64,000 bases of DNA from Octopus vulgaris. Taxonomy: Eukaryota. A model generated the notes under the pieces. It had not been told where the DNA came from. It ran no database searches and saw only the letters and a program-made list of their open reading frames with translations. The stretch lies in assembly GCA_951406725.2 (NCBI GenBank), contig OX597817.1, positions 46,066,001 to 46,130,000 on the forward strand. Reading direction: 5' to 3'. Below are positions 41,157 to 53,558 of the stretch, piece by piece. The stretch's first letter is position 1. Each line of letters begins with the position of its first letter. A program made the translations under genes and the position numbers.

Positions 41157-42247
41157 ATAAACAGGGTAGAATGGAATACCATAGATTTATCATAGATTCC
41201 CCCGAGATTGGTGCGAGGGAAGGACGTAGTTATGTTCAACCTGGAGACGTGGCCTGAATGTCTACAAACTGAGTCGGTTCTGCTCTACTTTAAAACATAC
41301 GACGCAAGAAATGGATGTATTAAAACAAACAAATAGGTTAAATCTACTATATCGTAGACTTTGATGGGAAAGACAGGAAGCAAAAATCTGGAACAAATAC
41401 CGCAAGATATGCGGTCTAGAGTTCTTAGAGTTCACCCACCTATTACATTAAATACCTGCAATTTCACTCCCCAACGTCACAAAAATAGAGGTAGATTAAA
41501 TAGAGTAAAAAAATATGGTGTGACTTTCTATTTGACGCTCTGACGATTCAAACGATATCAACATCATCATAAAACGTAGCTAATGTCACCATTTTTTTTC
41601 ACTGGTTTCCGTTTTGAAACCGTCGATATCAAACCGAGAGCAGTGTTTCATTTTCATTATAAAGTTTCTCTCTGCTTTTTTCATCATTCCGATTTATTCA
41701 AATATAACTGGATTTTATATAATCGAGACTTTCAGGTTGATGCTGTAAGCTGACACCTACGAAGATGTGAGTCATTTCTGTAAAGAAATATAACGACTGT
41801 CCAATTCCTTTTATTATTTTCTGCGTGTGTTGAACTCTTAATCAAATGTGTAGTCTTCATGTTCATCTACATACTGATGGTGCCATGACAAAATTGATTC
41901 CGTAAACAATAAAGTGTTGCGTTATCTCTGCCGAGATTGAATTTTAATCGAATATGTATTGCACAGGAAAAAGCTGAAAAGCAATTTGAGGAGTAAGAGT
42001 CTGATATACTGGAGATATATTGGCAAGTAAAGAAATCTTATCCCAAAGAAGCGAGTGATAAAAATGTCTTTAAAACGTGGAATTATTTGAGCGAAAGGAA
42101 AGTTAATAACAGCAACCCTGACAAAGAATATCAGTAACATCATTATATGTGATTATTGTTATTTGCGCGACCATTAACAATTTTTGTAGCGTTGGTGGCA
42201 CCAAGAGGTAATGTATGTGTTTGAGGCATAATCATAGTATGAACAAT

Positions 42248-42648
42248 AGGCGTAGGAGTGGCTGTGTGGTAAGTAGCTTGCTTACCAACCACACGGTTCC
42301 GGATTCAGACCCACTGCGTGGCATGTTGGACAAGCGTCTTCTACTATAGCCTCGGGCCGACCAAAGCCTTGTGAGTGGATTTGGTAGACGGAAACTGAAA
42401 GAAGCCCGTCGTATATATGTATATGAGTGTATATGTTTGTGTCTCTGTGTTTGTCCCACCAACATCGCTTGACAACCGATGCTGGTGTGTTTATGTCCAC
42501 GTCACTTAGCGGTTCGGCAAAAAGGACCGATAGAATAATTACTAGACTTACAAAGAATAAGTCCCGGGGTCGATTTGCTCGACTAAAGGCGGTGCTCCAG
42601 CATGGCCGCAGTCAAGTGACTGAAACACGTAAAAGAGTAAAAGAGTAA
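42248..42648 (+). mobile_element. tRNA-derived CORE-like SINE family A, full-length reference copy
   Basis: Head AGGCGTAGGAGTGGCTGTGTGGTAAG...GGTTCCGGATTCAGACCCAC; CORE-like GGCA..TTGG.CAAG.GTCTT; (GTAAAAGA)n tail. Confidence 0.9.
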
Positions 42649-42751
42649 TAGAAGAAATAAGAGGAGCCTCGTAATATCTATATGGTAATTATATATAAAA
42701 TTGTAGCAACGATTGTTTTATAAAGAGCAATACACATTGAAAACTCACGAG

Positions 42752-43179
42752 GGATGTTTTCGGTTTAAACGGCAGTTTTTAAAAATAATTTCCACGTAAC
42801 TAAACACTTTTAAACTTCGTATACTGGTAGAATATGTTTATAAAACATCTTTTTCTCTTGGCTTTATTGAGAAAATTCTATATTTTGCAAGATATTTGTT
42901 GTTGTTTTTTCTTCAATTTCAACCAATCAATGACGTCTATTGAAGTGAAAACATTCTGTGCCGTATGAAAATGTCTCTCGTTTAAGAAACAGATTGGGTT
43001 TACTTACATATGTGAAGAAAAAAAGATACCCTTCTTCCACCCTAACCCTAACTAATCCTAACTGTAACCCTAACCCTAAAACAGATTGAAATGCAATAGA
43101 TCGATACTAGGGTCATAATTCTGGGTGACAATTTCATATGACACCGCTAGAAAAACTGGCGTTCAAACCGAAAAGATCC
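42752..43179 (+). mobile_element. MITE with ~28-bp TIRs and internal (CCCTAA)n-like tract; possible hAT-type 8-bp TSD
   Basis: GGATGTTTTCGGTTTAAACGGCAGTTTTT ... AAAAACTGGCGTTCAAACCGAAAAGATCC. Flanks CTCACGAG / ATCACAAG (6 of 8 match). A second copy lies at 53692-54111 in reverse. Confidence 0.85.
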
Positions 43180-43855
43180 ATCACAAGAATTATAGAGAAG
43201 AGATTCCGTAGAATTAAACAGAATCTGTAAACAATGACTACCATAAGAATAATGAAACACTATTGAAAATATTGCTGTAAAGGGAGGCCTTCTGAGAGAG
43301 TTAATGCGATCAATGAAGGGATATCTTATAAAATAGTATACACCTGCTCTTCTGATTCAATAATGTCACGCACTGAATAGCGATCTGCTCTTCTTGGTTA
43401 TTAAAACGCCAAACCAAAAGAATAAAGATACGGGCCAACGGATATTATTTCGATTTACAACTTGAGAGATTTATAACCTGGACGATTTACAACCTGGATT
43501 TTCTGCAGCTAGATAATACCCAGCATTGGAAAATTACAGTCATATAAAAGGCCTGTGTGAAACGCCGAAGAAAGCAATTAGCTTTGCATATTTTTATCGT
43601 TCGCTGTTTGATTTGTAAGACTAAACATTGTTCGTAATTATTTTTCGTTAAGATATTTATAGAAGAAAATGAAGAATGTATTTCCTTCAGAAGCAGATAT
43701 AAAAATGTCCTTTTAATAAATGCAACATGTAGAAATGACGAAACGAGGTGAAAATGAAACACAATGAAATGCAAAGAAGCCAAAGAGTAAATGTTCTTAA
43801 GCTAAAATATCAATATTGAATCGAAGAAAATCAACATAGGTTTCGACAATACAAA

Positions 43856-44202
43856 TCTCTCTATATATAAACGGCAAAATGTCTGCGTGCATGTCCTTAA
43901 AATCAAATCCACAATTTTTCAGTTAGAGGGCTCGCATTTTCTATGGTCATTCAAAACCTTCTACGGGTGGTCCTGCACATCTTTATATTTCCCCAGTCAC
44001 CCCGTAAAGTCATTAAAAAATCAATAGAAGTTACTTTTTGTGAATTTTCTATCCCAAACCCAATCAAAATGTCCGAAAGTTGATACGCCAATTGAATGCC
44101 AGCTAGCTGTATGTGATTGGTCGGAGATTTGGACAGTACTCGCGTGTATGTGCGCACGCATGCAGCTGTATATGCATGCACTAGCACTATGACCCGGCGT
44201 TG
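43856..44202 (+). mobile_element. Non-autonomous Helitron, 3' end incomplete
   Basis: A|TCTCTCTATATATAAACGGC start, like 33882; it ends in CTAGCACTATGACCCGGCGTTG, related to the terminal hairpin of 33492-33520. Confidence 0.65.
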
Positions 44203-44524
44203 TTTATAAAATAACTCGGCATAAACGAAGGTAAGTATTACTAAAGACATGGTAACAGACACAGAGAATATTAAATGTGATTGAGGGAGATTTTCTTTAA
44301 AAAATATTGGTTAAGATACGGAAATTGCGTCGTAAACGTAATATAAGCAATGAATATTTAGAGACATTTGACAATAAACTTTCTAGGTAAAACCTTTTGT
44401 TTGAAGCGAAGCATGATTGTTGAGACAATAAAACACTCTAGTAACACATTCATTGTTATAAATATTTGAAGTATAAGTAAAGAAGGAATAGGAATTGCAT
44501 ACATAATTATTACAGAAACACATA

Positions 44525-45176
44525 TTTCTTTATTGCGCACAGAAGGTTAAACATAGAGAGGACAAACAAGGACAGACAAAGAAATTTAGTCGATTACATC
44601 GACCCCAGCGAGTAACTGGTACTTATTTAATCGACCCCGATAGGATGAAAGGCAAAGCCGAACCCGGCGGAATTTCAACTCAGAACGTATTGGTGGACGA
44701 AATAATTATTTCTTTACTACCCACAAGGGGTTAAACACAGAGAGGACAAAGAAGGACAGACAAACGGGTTAAGTCGATTACATCGACCCCAACGTGTAAC
44801 TGGTACTTATTTATCGACCCCGAAAAGATGAAAGACAAAGTCAGCCTCGGCGGGATTTGAACTCATAACGTATCGGTAGACGAAATACTGCTGAGCATTT
44901 CGCCAGGCGCGGTAACGATTCTGCCAGCTCGCCGCCCTGCTTTGCCGAAAGAGATATTCTTTTCTTTTCTACTCTAGGCACAAGGCCCGAAAGTTTTTGG
45001 GAAAGGGCCAGTCGATTAGATCGACCCAAGTACGCAACTGGTACTTAAGTTATCGACCCCAAAAGGATGAAATGCAATGTCGACCTCGGCGGAATTTGAA
45101 CTCAGAACGTAACGGCAGACGAAATACTGCTATGCATTTCGCCCAGCGTGCTAACGATTTTGCCAGCTCGGCGCCC
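44525..45176 (-). mobile_element. Two adjacent SINE family B elements (dimer 44525-44937, monomer 44957-45176)
   Basis: Heads end at GCCAGCTCGCCGCC (44937) and GCCAGCTCGGCGCC (45176). TGCCGAAAGAGATATT occurs at 44943 and 45182, a likely TSD of the monomer. Confidence 0.88.
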
Positions 45177-45459
45177 TACAATGCCGAAAGAGATATTAAA
45201 GTAGGACAGGAAAAAAAGCCCAACCCATACGAAATAAAAAATATACGGATACGCAATATATGAAATAAATTTTATCATGTGACACAAACCAATAAAAGGG
45301 GAATTTTGAAATACTCAAAACATTTCAGCTAGATATCTGATCGATATATCTGTAATCCATTTAAGAGAAGTATATAATCTACAAATGCCTCAGCAAAAGA
45401 GACTCGATTAGAACAAATACTTAGAGATAATAATACTGATAGCAAACTTCTAGAGAATA

Positions 45460-45790
45460 TTTTAACTGGTACTCCGTCGGTTACGACGATGTGGGGTCCA
45501 ATTGATCCAATCAACAGAAGAGCCTGCTCGGGATATGAACGTGCAAGTGGCTAAGCACTCCACAGGTACGAGTACCTTTCACGTAGTTCTCAGGGAGAAT
45601 CAGCATGACACAGAGTGTGAAAATGCTCGTTCTCTGAAATACATGTGCTACACATTTTTGCCAGCTGAGGGCACTACAGCAACGGGAAGTAAGGTGTCTT
45701 GCTCAAGAACACAACGGGCCGTCGGCAATCGAACCTACAATCTTAAGGCGAATGTGAGCCGATACCCTAACTACTAACCCTCACAACTAG
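45460..45790 (-). mobile_element. tRNA-derived SINE related to family C, with a different tail
   Basis: GTGTCTTGCTCAAGAACACAACG...GGCAATCGAACC...ACCCTAACTACT is the reverse complement of the family C head/core. Confidence 0.7.
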
Positions 45791-46094
45791 AGAACATTCT
45801 GGAGAGAGAGAGAGTGAAAGACAGAAAGCTGTGAAGCTTAACGAACTATAGCGAGAGACTACAGAATAAGAATGATATATCCATAAAAAAAAAACTAAAG
45901 ACAATATACTGCCATAAAAATAAAAATAATGTTGATCACTCTTTATTGAATTTCAGGGGTAGAAGTCGGGATTCATAAGGAAACTAATTAAATGAAATTT
46001 TCTATCAATTTAGATTTAGTCTAGATTTAGATTCTACAGCAAAACAGATATTACATATGTATATATATAAAAAAACAAAAATGATTTACACTTC

Positions 46095-46405
46095 ACATCC
46101 ATATTTAAGAGTTGAGGAATTATGTACATTATTTACATTTGACGGATATTTGTCCTACGCATATGGTGTAGTGGTTAAGAGCGCGGGCTACTAACACCAC
46201 GATTTCGAGTTCGATTCCAAGCAGTGACATGAAACAGTAATACTGATAATAATAACATTGAAAAATACCTTAGGAATGTGAACCCAGGTTCGAAATTTCC
46301 CTAAGACATCTGATGAAGGCTGGAGAGTATATCAGCGGAAACGTTCGGTTAACAACAAACAAGATGAGGACAAATATAAGTTTGTGTAAATAATGTAAAT
46401 AAATA
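46095..46405 (+). mobile_element. Composite short element: inverted end + tRNA-like Pol III head + minimal hammerhead (46305-46350)
   Basis: Inverted repeat TATGTACATTATTTACATTTGACGGATATTTGTCCT (46121-46156) vs AGGACAAATATAAGTTTGTGTAAATAATGTAAATA (46367-46401). A box TGGTGTAGTGGT (46164); B box GAGTTCGATTCC (46207). CTGATGA-A-GGCTG(10)CAGCG-GAAA-CG-TT. Confidence 0.7.
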
Positions 46406-46721
46406 TTTACACTTTTCTCTAAAAAGGATTCAATTTGAAGGACCCGACACCTGAAAGCTGGTTGTCATTTGTCAATACATTTCTTACTGCGCTACATAAA
46501 GTTTACTTTCATATCTTGTAGATTATTTCGATGCAGCAGAATAAATTATTTGTCGCGTAGACAAATAATTTATGTAAAATGAAGCGGACAAGCGAATTAT
46601 AAGTATTTTGAGACCAGAATTAGGAAAATTTCTATATATTAGATACTCCTTATGATATAAGATCTGGTCTGTTGCCTGAGATGTGTGTTTGTTGAGATAC
46701 GTTCAAGAAATTCAAATATGT

Positions 46722-47098
46722 TATTTTCTACTCTAGGCACAAGGCCCAAAATTTTAGGGAGGGGAGGCCAGTCGATTAGATCGACCCTAGTACGTAACTG
46801 GTACTTAAATTATCAACCCCGAAATTAAGAAATGCAAAGTCGACCTTGGCGGAATTTGAATTCAGAAGGTAAAATACGAAATACCTATTTCTTTACTACC
46901 CACAAGGAGCTAAACACAGAGAGGACAAACAAGGACAGACACACGGATTAAGTCGATTATATCGACTCTAGTGCGTAACTGGTACTTATTTAATCGACCC
47001 CGAATGGATGAAAGGCAAAGTTGACCTCGACGGAATTTGAACTCAGAACGTAGCTGCAGACGAAATACGCTAAGCATTTCGTCCGGCGTGCTAACGTA
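46722..47098 (-). mobile_element. SINE family B dimer
   Basis: Core repeated at about 46835 and 47015; ends CCGGCGTGCTAACG. Confidence 0.88.
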
Positions 47099-47539
47099 TT
47101 TTCCTTTAAGTTCAAATACATTGAATCAATTTACAGTATTTTGCAAAAGAAAAATGCGAAGAGACTGAAAATATCAAAGTAATGAGCTACTTTGAAGTAC
47201 GCCCTTGACAGTATAGGTTTCGTCGATGTGACAATGGACAGGGTGATGTGGATTGTTTGCATTCTGTCCAGAATATTTGTCGTGATGATATCTGTAACCA
47301 GTGTCACCAGAGGTAGGGGATCGACGACTGCTTCGTTCGAGTATGTTGTTGTCAAATGCTCATTATTCTATTAACTACTATTGATTAATATTATATCTAA
47401 AATTTACTTACCTTAACCGGTAATTTAAAGAAGTATTTCTTGACTTCTAAGACGAATAAAAACGGTTACACGGTCTTCAAAGAGTAACCGAGATCTCAAC
47501 GTTCTCTTTAACACGATTTCGATCCGTTCCAGTATTCAT

Positions 47540-47730
47540 GGCCAATAATTTGGAGGTTACATGTCTACGGCATCTACTCCAGTACTTGACTAGTACTTTA
47601 TTTCATCTATCCAAAAAGGATGAACGGCAAAGTTGATCGCGACGGAGTTTGAACCCCAAATGGAATGAGTTGGAAGAAAGGCCCGCAAATCATATTTTCC
47701 AGAATACCAAAGGTTCTGCTAGCTCGCCAC
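47540..47730 (-). mobile_element. Old diverged SINE family B-like copy
   Basis: AAAGGATGAACGGCAAAGTTGATCGCGACGGAGTTTGAAC...TTCTGCTAGCTCGCC. Confidence 0.6.
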
Positions 47731-47759
47731 ATTAATCCCTATACTATAGTAACTCAAAT

Positions 47760-48450
47760 GCGTGGTTGGGTAAGTGGATCATAGAATCTTGTGAAAGGAA
47801 ATACATAGAGCCTATTGCTGATCACGGAGCAAGAAAGAGGCGTTAAACTTGAAGCAGGAGGAGATGAGGATATTTGGTGAGGTCTGCTCAGCGATGGATG
47901 GTTGGATAGCGTCCGCTGATGACATCGGTTTTCCCTGAGAAAAGCTCTACCTTTTTAAGTGGAAAAAGAAGCACTTTCTTCTAGTTGTTACTAATAACAA
48001 AGGACACAATAGTTTTGTCAAATGTATCGAACTTCAGATAGTTAAACTTGGAAATGAAATTGTGTTCAGGGCGTAGCAAAAGCAATAACGGATGATCATA
48101 GCTACATAAATCGAGTAAAGAAAAATAGCCCTTCTTCAACATGGCAAATGTATGATGTGTAGAAACAGAGACATGGCCATTATCTATTGCCGAAAGAATA
48201 TGCTAAAGACGCCCTGTGAGATTAGAAGAGACAATTGATTGGATGCAGAATGAAATACATTGAAAAATTTAAGATGTATGACGTGAAAGCAAATGAGAAA
48301 TGGGTTGAACATCAACTGAAAGAATGTAAAATTACTAAAGTAAAACCTTGTGGGAATTTTCAATTTAAACAGACTAATCTATCGAAGTGGACAGAGCTGA
48401 TTTAATACTGATTGATCGGAAAAAGAATATATGCAAGTTAATTGATTTTA
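47760..48450 (+). pseudogene. Decayed RTE-clade LINE RT fragment
   Basis: SADDI (47912-47926; YADD motif), then ETWPL (48168-48182; RTE 'YG.ETW'), then ERIC/NMLK (cf. ER.MLR); many stops. Confidence 0.55.
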
Positions 48451-49774
48451 CCTAAACGAAAAGGCAAATACCCATATGTACTTGTATTTAGCTGGGGAGT
48501 TACAAACATTATGGAACATCAAAGTGTCTCAATTATCTTTTGTCGTAGAGGCGCTGGGAATTAATACCAAAACTGATGGAGAAAGACTTGAAAATAAATA
48601 TCAGTTGAAGTATTATAGTGTATGTAGTCAAAGTATCCTCGATAGACTTGTTGAAATTTAAGGAGTCCTCTAAAACAAAGCTTCCTTAGAATGACGAAAA
48701 TGATGATGACGAAGACGACGATTTTGATGTTCATGGTGGTGGTGGTGAGGATGGTAGTTGTGATGGTGATGTTAAAGCTGGTGGTGTTGATTATGGTGAT
48801 ATTACGTAGCCAAGATGCACTACGTACACCTAGTCAGCTAATTTCTGCTTCAAGGAAATAGCGTCTTGTAGTACTACAAAGATTTACACTGCTTACAAAA
48901 CGAAAATATGAAAACGTTGACAGACTACGAGATAGCATATCAGAGAACTCACATAAAGATTATGATATTGCACTTATTAATTATCAGCAGATACATGCCT
49001 AATGATTATAAGGATGCGCAGATGCTGCAATAAGATAACAAACTACGATTTTTTCTTATTTTTTGCGTGACTTCAAAGCACTCTGGCAATCATGGAAGTT
49101 GTCTTCTTGCCTCGCTCTAACTGGTAAAGCTGGAACGATAAGTACACAATGTGTTATTATATCGATAGAATAAATAACAAAATAGACATAAATATGTTCT
49201 AAATCATGGTAAACGATGGTATATGAACGTTGTCAGTAAAAGGGGAGGATCCTTCTTAGTGCTCTCCGTGGAGACGAAGCAGTGCTGTTCTCCTACTCTT
49301 TCTTCCCTTTTTTTCTTTTTAAATTTATGAATTTTTTTGCCCAGAAATTCTCTGTTTGTGTTGTTGGTGTTGACTCAGCTGGGCGTTACGTTACTTAAAG
49401 TTTCAGCTACATTTGCACAGATACACACATAACCTTCGTCTACACTAACTACCAGCTTCCCCATAAGTACATACGCCTACGCGCGTACATCACATCCAAT
49501 AGAGAAGCATATCTTTCACTTTTATACGCATGCAGGCATACGCATATACACACATCCATTTACCTAACACATCGACAAAAAAAAAACAACCCGGCACCCT
49601 GACACGCATATAAACATAGTCGTAACACACACACATTTCCCTGTTCTTTTTGGTCCTATATATTGTGCGAATCAGAAGGTATAACACCAAAATAGACATG
49701 GAAACGTTCTCAATCGTTTTTATTGGCACAATTTACTCACCACTTTTTTTCCTATCCCACATTTCACGTAAATT

Positions 49775-50129
49775 AGGAGGGTGAAAATTGTAGTGAAGAA
49801 GTGGCTCAAAGAACAGTCAACAGAATTTTACGGGGCAGGAGTACATGCTCTCATTCGAAGTTGGAACATTACTACTGAGAGAAAATGTGCCTATGTTGAG
49901 AAGTGACTATGTTGAGAATAAGAGGGAACGAGAAAGATGTGAGAGAGAGGTTTTTTTAATCGTTTATCTTTTGTTTCAACCATTCGACTACTCTCGTCTG
50001 GCCATGTTGAGAAGTAGGGATGTGATCCATAGAGGACCAGCTTCATTTTGATGTATGATACATGTTGCTTTGTCGGTAATTATACCTGTCCTAAACAAAA
50101 TGGCATTACATTTTGACTCACCCCTCGTA
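49775..50129 (+). mobile_element. Mariner transposon 3' end (transposase C-terminus + TIR)
   Basis: VKIVVKKWLKEQSTEFYGAGVHALIRSWNITTERKCAYVEK* matches mariner C-termini (V..WL..Q...FY..GI..L..RW......G.YVEK); it ends TTTTGACTCACCCCTCGTA. Confidence 0.8.
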
Positions 50130-50399
50130 GTTGTAGTCCAGATACTTCCGTTCCTGATACTGAATAGACAGCGTCCTGACATCCGCTAGCACAACCACAC
50201 TTATATATTTTAGGCATTTGCTTCCTTTTGCTGTACGCTCTTCTCTAAAACGTTTCTCTTGCTTCGTCGGCCATTTTCCATTGGTTCTTTAACATAAAAG
50301 CACAGTTTTCAGACGTTCTCGGGACCTTTGATTTATTCCTCAAATTTAATTAGCTTTTGGAATATTCGGAATTTAAGCAGCTCGAACTTTCTCGGGGCC

Positions 50400-50695
50400 A
50401 GACTTCTTTAATTAGTATTTCGGATTTGGTGGACGGAAACCGAAAAAAGCCCGTCATATGTATGTGCGCGCGCGCGCGTGTGTATGTGTGTCTTCGTGTC
50501 TGTACCTCTCCCCAACACCGCTTGGCAACCGGTGCTATCTTTAATCTGTAACTTAGCGGTTCGTCAATGAAGACCGCTAAATAAGTACCAGGCTTAAACT
50601 ATAAGTACTGGAAGCGATTCACTCGACAATCATTCTTCAATGAAGTGCCCCAGCATGGCTACAGTCGAATGGTTGAAACAAAAGATAAAAGATAT
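50400..50695 (+). mobile_element. Diverged SINE family A, 3' part
   Basis: GGATTTGGTGGACGGAAACCGAAAAAAGCCCGTC...GTAACTTAGCGGTTCG...CCAGCATGGCTACAGTC. Confidence 0.75.
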
Positions 50696-51552
50696 AAAAA
50701 AACCTCTCTCTCACATTTTTCTCGTTCCCTCTTATTCTCTTTCTTAATTTCTTCCCTTTCGTTTGCATCAAAATATCTACTCTCGTCTCACTTATGACTA
50801 TTCGTTCTGTATTCTCATCATTTCCTTCCACACAATCCCGATTACCTTCAAAGATTACATTAATATAGCACCGTATTCTTACTTAATATCCATCACGACC
50901 ACCTCCAGACAATACACTGAACGCACTACATCATAATCCTATCAAACAATTTCGAAATGATAAAATACAGGGCTTAGAGCAATATCTCAAATGACGCTGT
51001 TTCATATTCCGATAGCTACCAATAGACAACTACATGGGCATCAATCGTAACTACAACAACAACAACGCTAATATGTTTACGAGCAAGCTTCTATGGAGAC
51101 ACAAGACTAGCTAGATCTGTCATGTAAACCAACTCAAACCGCACGCTATCTTCTTAAATAAGGACACTTCAAATTAAGTAACGTAATTCTACATGACACT
51201 AAAATGACGAGGTGATTGTGGTATGTTTAACATGGATCTTAGATGTAATCTCTCATGGATAACCTGAGCTAAATAACAAACTCTATCGACAATAATAGTA
51301 ATGATATATAATTCAAAAGAAGACCAACAGCACCAAAGCAATCATATCGTAAACTTCACCAGCGAGAACGACAGCGATGGCAATAATAAAATTGACTAAT
51401 CGAAACTGAAAACAAACATAACAAAACTATAGATGTAATATGATACTTGCTGCCGTTAATTTTTTCACGTGCCATCACAGTTGAAAACGTCTTTATGTTC
51501 CTCTTCTTACGGTTGTGACTGCTGGAGCGTAATCAATTTCAGCTGAATAGAT

Positions 51553-51743
51553 AAGATAATGAAATATAGTCCCCTTCTCAAAAGTAAAAGGCGACAGCCT
51601 ATTCAAGAGAAATAGACACTGCAATTCGAAGAGATAGCAACCAATTCCATAACAAGATAATGAAATATAGTCCCATTCTCAAGAATAAAGCGCGTTGGTC
51701 TATTCAAGAGAAAAAGACACTGCATTCAGAAGAGAAAGCCAAC
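51553..51743 (+). repeat. Diverged ~101-bp tandem duplication
   Basis: AAGATAATGAAATATAGTCCC.TTCTCAA at 51553 and 51654; CTATTCAAGAGAAA.AGACACTGCA in both copies. Confidence 0.85.
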
Positions 51744-52289
51744 AGTCTAAATATCAGGCTATATATGCCTTCCAGACTTGAAGCGTATTATATAAGTACA
51801 TTTGTAATCATTGTTTCCAACGTGGACAGAGTGCCAAACATTTTTGTGGACCTAGTGGATTAAATTAGCTATGCATGTAAGTCTGCCTATCAAATACAAT
51901 ACATGTCATAGTGCCAGACCTTCGGTATCTATAAAATATAGAATATATGTATAAAATAAAAACACTACCCATTTTACATACAGGTGAGGGGAAAAATTGA
52001 GCCTACAGTTGCTTAATAAAACAGAAATTAAGAAACAAAAATAACATTCCACCAATAGCAAGCAATGTATACCTAATTTTCCAGAAGGTTGTATATTCTA
52101 ATTTGTCGTGCCCGAAAGAATAAGAATCTAAGTTGACACCTTAGCTACATCTGTACACGGAATTTAAGGAGCCAGGAAATATATCCCGAAGAATTTTGTT
52201 CTGTGCTAAGGACTTTCCGAACAATAACTATATCGGTTTTTGCATAAAAGTCCAAAAATTTTGTGTGTTAGAGGTCTGCCGAAGCTAGT

Positions 52290-52675
52290 TAAATACTGGT
52301 ACTATAATTCATTGAAACCGAAAGGATGAACGACAGAGCTGACCTTGGGTGAATTTGAAATCAGATCCTAAAATCCGTAACCAATTCCATATGTTTTTGT
52401 TTTGGTTTAGTTTTGGCAGTCTAACTATTCTTTCGTTCCATAACCTATATCTTTACTACCCACAAGGTGCTAAACACAGAGAAGACAAACAAGGACAGAC
52501 AAACGGATTAAGTCGATTATATCGACCCCAGTGCGTAACTGGTATTTATTTAATCGACCCCAAAAGGATGAAAGGCAAAGTCGACCTCGGCGGAATTTGA
52601 ACTCAGAACGTAACGGCGGACGAAATATCACAAAGCATCTCGCCCGGCGTGCTAACGTTACAGCCAGCTCACCGT
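52290..52675 (-). mobile_element. SINE family B (young copy 52445-52675 plus an older fragment)
   Basis: Core and head as in the other copies; TCTTTCGTTCCATAACC at about 52428 and 52678 is a likely TSD. Confidence 0.82.
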
Positions 52676-53558
52676 CTTCTTTCGTTCCATAACCCTCATA
52701 GTAATTGCTTGCCATTTAGCTGTGGAATAAATAACACAAAGCATTGTATCAGACGTGGTAACGATGCAGCCAGATTACCGCCCCCGGCATATTCTTAATA
52801 ACTGTTTCAAATGTAGGAACAAAGCCAACCGCTTTTTTAGGAGAGGGGCTTAGACGAAACTGACTGAAACTATATTTTATGGATCCCAATATAGTGATTT
52901 GAATCTAGGATATAACGAACTGCACGTATCCCGAAGACGCCAGGTGTTGAGGTCTAACCCGAGACTTCACAACTGCGAAATGTGTGTCTTAAACACTCAG
53001 CCATACTGTATCGACAAATTCATTATTGGAAATGCTGGCATAAATACATATGTTGTGGTGTCGTCCGTTTAATCAAGGCCCCTATTTTATAGGTAATTAT
53101 TCTTATCACACTTAAAGTATGAGAGGTGCAATTGATTCCAACGGGATTTGAACTCGAAGACTAATGAGATAAAATATGAGTATTACAAGTCACATTGTCC
53201 ATTGAAATAAAATCGTGGATTCTCGCCAGAACCAATTTATTTCTCCTCTACAGCACATGCCATAGTGAATCTCATAACGTAGATTTATTATTTTTGGCAC
53301 AGATATTAGTTCGAAATGGTTGACATATTTCACTTGCAAAGCCGTCTTCAAATACTAATATTAAATAGAAGATATGTTTTGATTGCATGTGATGGAACTG
53401 TAGTTGGGTCTCGCTGAGCATAGAAATTGAAAAGTCAGTTATGGTCGTTGTCATAACTTTAGTATTATAAAGTAAATACTATTCCAAGTCCAGAGACTTG
53501 TCGAACAAATAATAAAGAGACAAGTGTAGTTCCTAACCTACACAGTATGTAAAGAACG

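Larger units (their letters stand above)
41400..43700 (+). pseudogene. Decayed Penelope-like retroelement (RT + GIY-YIG), interrupted by a SINE and a MITE
   Basis: Motifs occur in PLE order: SPTYYIKYL (41432-41458; cf. GSPTY.LAKYL), FFTGFRFETVDI (41595-41630; cf. LFTNVP..ETI.I), TGDI..IPKKRVIK (~42007-42063), FRRIKQNL/VNNDY (~43204-43241; cf. E...IKQ.L.NNGYP) and QTKRIKIR (43410-43433; cf. GIY-YIG GQT.R.L..R). Many stops and frameshifts. Confidence 0.6.

Noticed and set aside
46159-46230. Functional tRNA gene
   Set aside because: A and B boxes are present but the acceptor stem does not pair and there is no poly-T terminator; treated as a tRNA-derived element head. The same applies to the SINE heads.
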